Sequence record: KP280063.1
Reading direction: 5' to 3' (one strand)
DNA: 32,000 bases
DNA from: Vibrio phage phi 3
Part shown: positions 26,188-32,000 of the stretch, piece after piece
Layout: every line of letters starts with the position of its first letter
Numbering within the stretch: position 1 is the first letter of the stretch
Translations under genes and position numbers: made by a program
Notes under the pieces: generated by a model
Told to the model about the DNA's origin: nothing
Seen by the model: only the letters and a program-made list of their open reading frames with translations
Databases searched by the model: none

Positions 26188-27900
26188 TTATGAACGGGTT
26201 AGCGCTTGCACTTTCAGCAATTGCACCGCACCATTAGGATGAATGATCATGTTAGCCTGATCCCAGCTAGAAGCACCGCCACGGTTATAACCTTGATCAA
26301 GCTTCGCCATAACGCCGACCACAAAGCAGAAGTCAAGGATCATAGGTGAGTGAGTATGACCTGAGCACATAAGAACTAGCCAACGGTTAAACAGTGCCGC
26401 CCCACCGTGAGATCCGTTCTGGCCTTTGTGACCATGTTGCGATAGCTCAATACCGTACTGCGTGAAGCTTTGAGCCATTGAGCCGAAAACAATATTATCG
26501 GCCATTGGTGGCAGGTCTAACATTGAGATCGCATCTTTGAAGGCTACTTCTAGCGCTGTTTTGTCGATACCAGAATCTAACGCCTCACAGATAAAATAGT
26601 TAAGGAGGTAGTATAGTTTGCTGTTTTCTGGATCGTGTTTTGGCGAGTAACTAGAATCATCAAGCCAGTTGTCGAGCGCTGAATTGTGATTAGATTCTAC
26701 AATGTAGACCATATCAGTTAACTCTGCTAACTCGTTCAATTGGTCGATCACTTTGAATAGGTCATCAAGGACACTCGCACCGTTTATATGCATCTTGTAC
26801 AAGTGTTTGCCTGACTTGCGGTTATGGTGGCTGCGAGTTTCGAAGTGTAGAATATCGTGAACAGCAATAACTACCGGCTTTTGACCAATATCGATCAAGT
26901 TGCTGATCATGTGGCAAGTGGTATCGAAAGCGTGTTCGTCTTGCATTTCACAATGCAAATCACCAAGCACCAAGCACGGACGGTTAGCCAGTAGGTTAGG
27001 CGTAGCTGCTACGTTGTACAGGTTGACGCCATCATCATTAAACACGTTGTTATCAATGAAAAGGGATAGAGAGCCGTCTACGCCTTCACGGAGGTTAGTG
27101 ATATTGATGAAATCGCCTTTAATCTCTACTAGAAGCGCTCCGAATACGTGAGCTTTTTCGGCGTCAACGCCTGCACCGCTTTGCAGGTAGTTGTATTTCG
27201 TACAACTGCCAGTTGTCCACGCTTGGCTGATTGGCTGATTTGGTAGACGTGGGCGCGTTTTCATCTGCTGCTTAGGGCTTGCCAGTACCGTTGCCAGTTC
27301 GCCCACACCTAGTTGCTCCGCTTTGTTAACTGGCAGTTTCACAGTAGGTAAAACGTGGGCACTAGCCATTAGGCGCACACCATACTCGAACCCTAACCAT
27401 ACATCATCCTCGATTAGATAGGGCTTAACCTTCGCGTCGAAGTATGCTTTTTCGTCTTCTACCGCTGCACTGAAAGCCGCTTTATTGTAGTAGACAGGCA
27501 TAACAACCAATGCCGCATCGATCTGATTAGCTAGCGCTTCGAGCTTGTCAAAGAATGCCGCCGTTCCTGTATTGTTTTGCGCTGAGGTGATCAGGAAGCG
27601 AGATCCGGTTATGGTTTCCATTGCTGCGATCCGCTTCTCGGCATCGCCTAGCATGGCGTCAGCTTCTAGCTTGTTGCTAGGCTGCTTTTTGTCTGCCGAC
27701 TTCGCCTGTTTGATAGGGCGGTTTTCTTCTAGCCAGTTAACTAGATCCGCGCTAGTTAAGTCGTTCTGAGTTAGACCTAACTGGCCTAGAATCTTATCAG
27801 CAACGGCTAATTTTGATTCACGCTTGAACTTGCCCCAGAAATTGTCGTCTTTTGCAAGGCGGATCAAGTTGTCGTGTTGTGCTTTAATAACTTTGTTCAT
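26188..27900 (-). CDS. T5 A1-like pre-early protein, metallophosphoesterase fold
   Basis: Track start 27915 is GTG; ATG at 27900 preferred. Motifs LVLGDLHCE, VIAVHDILHFETRSHHN, VESNHNSALDNW, HGHKGQNGSHG, CSGHTHSP; ~570 aa near T5 A1 size, adjacent to dmp-like gene. Confidence 0.7.
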   Translation of the reverse strand: MNKVIKAQHDNLIRLAKDDNFWGKFKRESKLAVADKILGQLGLTQNDLTSADLVNWLEENRPIKQAKSADKKQPSNKLEADAMLGDAEKRIAAMETITGSRFLITSAQNNTGTAAFFDKLEALANQIDAALVVMPVYYNKAAFSAAVEDEKAYFDAKVKPYLIEDDVWLGFEYGVRLMASAHVLPTVKLPVNKAEQLGVGELATVLASPKQQMKTRPRLPNQPISQAWTTGSCTKYNYLQSGAGVDAEKAHVFGALLVEIKGDFINITNLREGVDGSLSLFIDNNVFNDDGVNLYNVAATPNLLANRPCLVLGDLHCEMQDEHAFDTTCHMISNLIDIGQKPVVIAVHDILHFETRSHHNRKSGKHLYKMHINGASVLDDLFKVIDQLNELAELTDMVYIVESNHNSALDNWLDDSSYSPKHDPENSKLYYLLNYFICEALDSGIDKTALEVAFKDAISMLDLPPMADNIVFGSMAQSFTQYGIELSQHGHKGQNGSHGGAALFNRWLVLMCSGHTHSPMILDFCFVVGVMAKLDQGYNRGGASSWDQANMIIHPNGAVQLLKVQALTRS

Positions 27901-27937
27901 AATTACAAGTCTCACTATTTAAGTGGTTAGGGTTTAG

Positions 27938-27953
27938 TGTTTCACGTGAAACA
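27938..27953. promoter_or_regulatory. parS-like ParB binding site (chromosome I/universal type), site 2
   Basis: TGTTTCACGTGAAACA, perfect palindrome (extended to AGTGTTTCACGTGAAACACT, 27936-27955), intergenic. Confidence 0.9.
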
Positions 27954-27957
27954 CTTG

Positions 27958-27972
27958 ATTTACAGTGTAAAC
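27958..27972. promoter_or_regulatory. Vibrio chromosome II-type parS2 site 2
   Basis: ATTTACAGTGTAAAC, intergenic, 5 nt from the parS site. Confidence 0.8.
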
Positions 27973-27986
27973 TGATACCAGAAACA

Positions 27987-28001
27987 ATTTACACTGTAAA
28001 T
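27987..28001. promoter_or_regulatory. Vibrio chromosome II-type parS2 site 3
   Basis: ATTTACACTGTAAAT, intergenic. Confidence 0.8.
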
Positions 28002-28027
28002 CACTGGCAGGGCTAACCCTGCCAGTG
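28002..28027. terminator. strong hairpin, possible terminator of the minus-strand gene
   Basis: CACTGGCAGGG-CTAA-CCCTGCCAGTG, 11-bp perfect stem; on minus strand followed by ATTTACAG (weak T tract). Confidence 0.5.
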
Positions 28028-28036
28028 AACCGGATG

Positions 28037-28528
28037 TTAGGCTACTTGTTCGCTGAGAGCTTCGCCTAAGTCGTCAAAGTCAACGCCATGATAGGCCATA
28101 AAGCGCTGTACTAGCTCGACCTTGCTGATAGTGTAGCCCTTAGCCGCAGATCCCATAACGTCAGTGACCCCGAAAGCCTTAGTTACGGCGTCAAGGCTGT
28201 CAACCTTGGAATTTTTGAAGCTGTCTAGAACTTCTTCGTCTAAGCCTAGGCAATTAGACAGGGCACGCAGGTAATGCTCTTTGCGCAACTGGTTGCCTTT
28301 TGGTAGGCTTGCCGTCACTTCTGGCTTGACGTAGACGCCCAAAATCGCCAATTTACCACGGACTGACTTGTCAGAAGGCGCACCAATTTTCTTAGCTAGG
28401 CTAGTAAGAAAATCGTTATCGGCTGCCGCTGCCGCCCCTTCCGCTTCGAGCTTCTCTTTGTAAGCTGCGACCACAAGCGCGGTGTTCTCTTCTGACCATA
28501 CTTTTGCTTTTTTATCTTGTGTAGACAT
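28037..28528 (-). CDS. pre-early protein with possible HTH/SANT-like N-terminus
   Basis: Track start 28615 runs into an intergenic palindrome; MSTQDKKAKVWSEEN at 28528 has SD AGAGGA. 163 aa. Confidence 0.65.
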   Translation of the reverse strand: MSTQDKKAKVWSEENTALVVAAYKEKLEAEGAAAAADNDFLTSLAKKIGAPSDKSVRGKLAILGVYVKPEVTASLPKGNQLRKEHYLRALSNCLGLDEEVLDSFKNSKVDSLDAVTKAFGVTDVMGSAAKGYTISKVELVQRFMAYHGVDFDDLGEALSEQVA

Positions 28529-28578
28529 AGTTTCATATCCTCTATTAGATAGGTTAGTGTTGTTGAGAGTGATTCTCA

Positions 28579-28606
28579 AATAAGGCATTCTATAGAATGC
28601 CTTATT
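28579..28606. repeat. 28-nt perfect palindrome
   Basis: AATAAGGCATTCTATAGAATGCCTTATT. Confidence 0.95.
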
Positions 28607-28617
28607 GGATACCACTA

Positions 28618-28914
28618 TTAATTAACGGTAGTACCTTTGTTTTCATCCGTCCAACGTGATTTTACACGGGCTACATCTGACAGGGGATAAGAGTAAACGC
28701 AAATATCACCGCTATTGTCAAGCGCTTTCGCTACGACGTCCACTGTACCTTCGCTGATATGATAATCATATGGCGCGTCAAAGGTTTGGCCTTCTGTATC
28801 GAAGGTTGGAGACAATTCCAGACCACGGGTCTTTGCCGCAGCTTTGATTTGCTCGCGCGCTTCTGGCTTAAACAGGATAGAGACAGAGACTAGGATCTTG
28901 TTGCGCATATTCAT
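28618..28914 (-). CDS. hypothetical pre-early protein
   Basis: 98-aa ORF with AGAGG-like SD upstream. Confidence 0.6.
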   Translation of the reverse strand: MNMRNKILVSVSILFKPEAREQIKAAAKTRGLELSPTFDTEGQTFDAPYDYHISEGTVDVVAKALDNSGDICVYSYPLSDVARVKSRWTDENKGTTVN

Positions 28915-29060
28915 GTTGTATTTCCTCTATTGATTAGGTTAGTTGAGAATGTTTCTCAAATAGGGCACTGTCGTTAATCAATGCCCTAACGGATAACACT
29001 AGGAACGTAAGCAATGAGTCACAAAGCAACATCTTTCCAAATTGTTAAAGAACGGTGGGA

Positions 29061-29089
29061 AGAGTAACGGATAACTAAACTACTGTCAA
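29061..29089 (-). promoter_or_regulatory. candidate sigma70 promoter for the minus-strand pre-early genes
   Basis: Minus strand: TTGACA (29089-29084) N17 TACTCT (29066-29061); -10 is weak. Confidence 0.4.
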
Positions 29090-29299
29090 CCACTTTTTTC
29101 TACCCTATCGAGCTAGGCCGTTGCCCCTCTCGATGTAAGAAATATTAAGATAACCGGACTAACTATTCTAATCGTTTAAATCTATTAGTTAAGTCGATTT
29201 TGCAAGGTTTTGCCTATCACCAATTTTTGGCCTTAATTATAAGGAACGGGCGCACGCGATAACATAAAAACAAAGTCCTGTCAAACATTTTTAAAAATA

Positions 29300-29315
29300 C
29301 TGTATAAATATACAT
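29300..29315. promoter_or_regulatory. LexA/SOS-box-like sequence
   Basis: CTGTATAAATATACAT versus CTGTATATATATACAG. Confidence 0.4.
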
Positions 29316-29470
29316 GCCCCTAAAACGCTCTAGGAAGCGTTTTAAGCGATTTTAGGGCTAAGCCCTACCTTAGCATTAAAAACATTATTTGGCGATTTTA
29401 CAATTTTTTAACAAAAATTGGCACGCTCCTTGCTAGAAGAAAATGGTTATATCTTATAGCTTTTTGTTAT

Positions 29471-29498
29471 TTGAAAAGGTATTAAAAGGGGGTATAGT
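29471..29498 (+). promoter_or_regulatory. candidate promoter for plus-strand pre-early genes
   Basis: TTGAAA N16 TATAGT, upstream of the small-ORF cluster. Confidence 0.5.
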
Positions 29499-29534
29499 TA
29501 CCTTACTTGAGAACGGGCTAGGGAGCTAACCAAA

Positions 29535-29606
29535 ATGGAAGAGATCATTTTATCAGGGGTATTCTTGATTGCTGTATTTATCGGGCTATACCCTCATTTT
29601 AAATAA
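29535..29606 (+). CDS. tiny hydrophobic peptide MEEIILSGVFLIAVFIGLYPHFK (not in ORF track)
   Basis: 23-codon ORF with purine-rich upstream GGGAG, single predicted TM segment. Confidence 0.4.
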   Translation: MEEIILSGVFLIAVFIGLYPHFK

Positions 29607-29618
29607 GAGGTTGACACT

Positions 29619-29738
29619 ATGTATAGAGTCGTCTATTATTGCGGAGCTTGGCAGGTAACACACCGAGCAACAGGAAATACCACTGTTAGGGTATCTTTAC
29701 ATGATGCCCTATCTAGTATCATTGACCAATTGAATTGA
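29619..29738 (+). CDS. small protein MYRVVYYCGAWQVTHRATGNTTVRVSLHDALSSIIDQLN (not in ORF track)
   Basis: 39-codon ORF following AAGAGG, tightly packed between neighbours. Confidence 0.5.
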   Translation: MYRVVYYCGAWQVTHRATGNTTVRVSLHDALSSIIDQLN

Positions 29739-29749
29739 GGTTTTAAATC

Positions 29750-30109
29750 ATGGCTAAAGTAAGCTTCACCAAACAAACCACTTCCTACACTACTGATGAG
29801 ATAGTGCAACTAGTTGCGGATCGCTTCGATGGTGGTGATAACATCATCCGCATGGCTGCTGTATGGGAGAACGAAACGATCCTCTTGCTGGCTGACAGCA
29901 CTGACGCGGTACTGATCAACCTAGACGACACTCAGCCAGTTTTTAGCGTTAGCTCTGACTGTCTGACCTCGCAGGTTAGAAACTCAACGGTTTTGGGGGA
30001 TGACCGTAAGCATTATATTTGGGAAGCTTTCAATGAGTCATACCTAGGCAATTGTCCGCTAACTTGGCAGCCGGTCGAGCTAGTAGCTTGTGAATTGCGT
30101 TATATTTAA
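29750..30109 (+). CDS. hypothetical pre-early protein
   Basis: 119 aa, SD GAGG upstream. Confidence 0.65.
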   Translation: MAKVSFTKQTTSYTTDEIVQLVADRFDGGDNIIRMAAVWENETILLLADSTDAVLINLDDTQPVFSVSSDCLTSQVRNSTVLGDDRKHYIWEAFNESYLGNCPLTWQPVELVACELRYI

Positions 30110-30123
30110 GGGAGTGCAACAAG

Positions 30124-30564
30124 ATGCATAACTTAGCTAACATCTTAGCAGATCTAGGCTATAAACCTAGTATCACATCCGTGGTGGTTGAGGTCGAGTA
30201 TTCAACTGGCTACTGTCAGGAAGACAGAACCGAACTAGATCACCTACCCGTGGAAGATGTAGAGCTACATCCAGACCACGGATCGGATGTGATCACCGTT
30301 AGCCCTTCCGGTGCAGTGTACCTACAGGAGACAGCTAATAGTCACGCTGAATCATACGGACACTATGTAGGCTCTCCCGATGAGGACGAGGAAGACGGGG
30401 AAGAGTACGAAGGCGGCGACTGGCACGCCAAACTGTACACCAATTCAGAGACGCCCAACGTTGTGGGTGATAGCCTATGGCATACGCTAGAACATCTACC
30501 TAAAGAGGAGTCAGGTCTGGCCTGTGACCTCTGGCTTGTGCTAGGGACAGAAATTGTGGATTAG
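30124..30564 (+). CDS. highly acidic hypothetical protein
   Basis: 146 aa with DEDEEDGEEYEGG; SD AGGGAG. Confidence 0.65.
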   Translation: MHNLANILADLGYKPSITSVVVEVEYSTGYCQEDRTELDHLPVEDVELHPDHGSDVITVSPSGAVYLQETANSHAESYGHYVGSPDEDEEDGEEYEGGDWHAKLYTNSETPNVVGDSLWHTLEHLPKEESGLACDLWLVLGTEIVD

Positions 30565-30569
30565 GTCAC

Positions 30570-30593
30570 AAAAATAATGCTTGCGTTATTTTT
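30570..30593. terminator. AT-rich hairpin, possible terminator
   Basis: CAAAAATAA-tgcttgcg-TTATTTTTG. Confidence 0.5.
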
Positions 30594-30616
30594 GGTAATG
30601 ACCTATTATTCGTCTT

Positions 30617-30640
30617 GTGGGATGCAATACCGCATCCCAC
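30617..30640 (+). promoter_or_regulatory. 5'-leader hairpin
   Basis: GTGGGATGC-AATACC-GCATCCCAC 9-bp perfect stem upstream of the 30666 ORF, no T tract. Confidence 0.5.
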
Positions 30641-30665
30641 TAACCACCGCTAGGAGATAGCGAGA

Positions 30666-31163
30666 ATGAGTAAGATTAAAGTTGGTGATCTATGTTTTGT
30701 TCGTGGCCGCTGCAAAGACAGCAACGGCAAGCTAGTAACCGTGTTACGCCGAGAGTTTTCGGAATTTTACGTTAGTTCGCCCGACCTATACGCAGGGGAG
30801 GAACTACATTGCTATGAAAACGAACTGGTTTTAGCTAATTGGGCGGTCTGGACTAAGGAACCACCAATCAGTGACTTCTACAAATGCGATCAGACCACCG
30901 CCGCAAACGTGCGTCTTTTAAAGGCTGTTACCTTCCTGAAAAATCAGGAACTACAGTTTCCGATTCTTAACACTATTAGGGGTTATGATGTAGTAGAACA
31001 GCACTTTAAAAATAAGGTTGTCACCTACGCTGCCGCTTTTGTCGAAGGTGCGGCAAATGCTGGGGGACTGTACTATGACGCTAGGCTTCAACTTCTAACG
31101 TGGTACGCCATTTTTAACGGTGCGGTATTCCGTAACGGTTATTTAGTGGGGTTAGGGGAATGA
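30666..31163 (+). CDS. hypothetical pre-early protein
   Basis: 165 aa, SD TAGGAGA. Confidence 0.65.
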   Translation: MSKIKVGDLCFVRGRCKDSNGKLVTVLRREFSEFYVSSPDLYAGEELHCYENELVLANWAVWTKEPPISDFYKCDQTTAANVRLLKAVTFLKNQELQFPILNTIRGYDVVEQHFKNKVVTYAAAFVEGAANAGGLYYDARLQLLTWYAIFNGAVFRNGYLVGLGE

Positions 31164-31540
31164 AAACAATTATCATTCAGTACCTAGAAGCGATCCTTGC
31201 CAATCGTGCAACGATTGAACAGATCGACGCTGATATTTTTAGCGGTAAGCTTGACTACGACCAATACCTGACCCAATTGGGAGGGGATTTCTTCTTGGAT
31301 CGTGACGTTGGTCTATGTAATAATATAGGGCTACAGCTCACGGAGGAACATCATTTTACAAACCTGTTTTATTGGTTTGTAAAATCCCACGACTTAGATC
31401 CTCACTATCCGGTGTATCATCCTAGCGGTAATCGCTTCGCCTATACTAAGTCATGTTTGCCAAAATGGTCGGGCGAGTACGGGAATACCCGCTTCCAATT
31501 TGTTGAGAATTTTCTCAATTGGTTAAAGGAGTGTGCTTAA
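31160..31540 (+). CDS. hypothetical pre-early protein
   Basis: 126 aa, overlaps previous stop. Confidence 0.6.
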   Translation: MKTIIIQYLEAILANRATIEQIDADIFSGKLDYDQYLTQLGGDFFLDRDVGLCNNIGLQLTEEHHFTNLFYWFVKSHDLDPHYPVYHPSGNRFAYTKSCLPKWSGEYGNTRFQFVENFLNWLKECA

Positions 31541-31752
31541 TGAGCTTGCTAGAAGGTCTACAGGATGTAGCGGAAGCGCTGCGCGAGGGCGCTTACATCC
31601 ACGCCCAACAAGATCTAGAATCATTGGTCTGTATGGCCAATGATCAAACAATCCGTCAATGGTTGGTCAACGCTATCACTAGTGCAAGCGTTGGCGATTG
31701 TTCAACAGCGCTAACCTATGTTAGCGCTGCTATACGTAAGCTAGGGGGTTAA
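31540..31752 (+). CDS. hypothetical small protein
   Basis: ATG 31540 with SD AAAGGAG; track start 31519 is TTG. Confidence 0.6.
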   Translation: MSLLEGLQDVAEALREGAYIHAQQDLESLVCMANDQTIRQWLVNAITSASVGDCSTALTYVSAAIRKLGG

Positions 31753-31754
31753 GT

Positions 31755-32000
31755 ATGCTTACTAACCGTATTATTAGCGCCACCGCCAACGCATATCTAG
31801 ATGCCGTGGCACGTGAAGTGGATCAGGGGCAGTATCACATAAAGTATCGTGGTGTCTTTGTTGACGATATAATGAAACTTGAGGATCACAAATACGTGAT
31901 CTATCTAGCCTACCTGAACGACGAAGAGATCCGAACTGAAGGGATGACAGTCGGGGAGCTGGTTAGCTTAATGGGCGACTTCTCAGTGGTGATAGAGTGA
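31755..32000 (+). CDS. hypothetical small protein
   Basis: 81 aa, stop TGA at the window end. Confidence 0.6.
   Translation: MLTNRIISATANAYLDAVAREVDQGQYHIKYRGVFVDDIMKLEDHKYVIYLAYLNDEEIRTEGMTVGELVSLMGDFSVVIE

Noticed and set aside
26202-26915. ATGATCAT-type sequences as RctB-like iterons of Vibrio chromosome II
   Set aside because: Only the short core is present, scattered within coding sequence in a GATC-rich region.
27545-27769. Plus-strand ORFs antisense to the A1-like gene (also 26900..27151)
   Set aside because: Antisense shadows of a long, motif-supported ORF.
31811-31830. GGCACGTGAAG as an additional parS site
   Set aside because: Only the central CACGTGAA matches and it is inside coding sequence.

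Overview
The window reads as part of a T5-like (Demerecviridae-type) phage genome, most likely from a Vibrio host. The late structural block is on the minus strand (about 1-22,517). In transcription order it encodes small terminase, large terminase, HNH protein, portal, prohead protease, HK97-fold major capsid protein, connectors/terminator, T5 pb6-like tail tube, a tube-completion-like protein, overlapping tail chaperones, a 251-aa protein that looks like a second HK97-fold protein, tape measure, and pb9-, pb3- and pb4-like tail tip/fibre proteins. It ends in the N-terminus of a long Ala-rich L-shaped-tail-fibre-type protein that the ORF track misses. A plus-strand gene (22,664-24,538) occupies the position of T5 receptor-binding protein pb5 (oad) and keeps a similar N-terminal 'FHSDM' segment. 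After it comes an unusual array of five 57-bp direct repeats plus a strong terminator. A region resembling the T5 pre-early / terminal-repeat region follows (dmp-like HAD phosphatase, A1-like metallophosphoesterase, many small unknown ORFs). The most striking result is in the gaps of this pre-early block: two exact matches to the bacterial chromosomal parS (chromosome I type, TGTTTCACGTGRAACA) and three exact matches to the Vibrio chromosome II parS2 consensus (TTTACANTGTAAA). The phage may recruit or titrate both host ParB proteins. Other notable signals: about 10-fold different GATC density on the two sides of the ~25 kb junction, divergent near-perfect sigma70 promoters at the late operon head, a +1 (or -2) type frameshift arrangement in the tail chaperones, recurring TTGAGAA-N-TTCTCAA dyads, and stacked hairpins plus a LexA-like box in the pre-early control region. 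All homology calls come from reading and memory of protein families; no search was run and all counts are manual.
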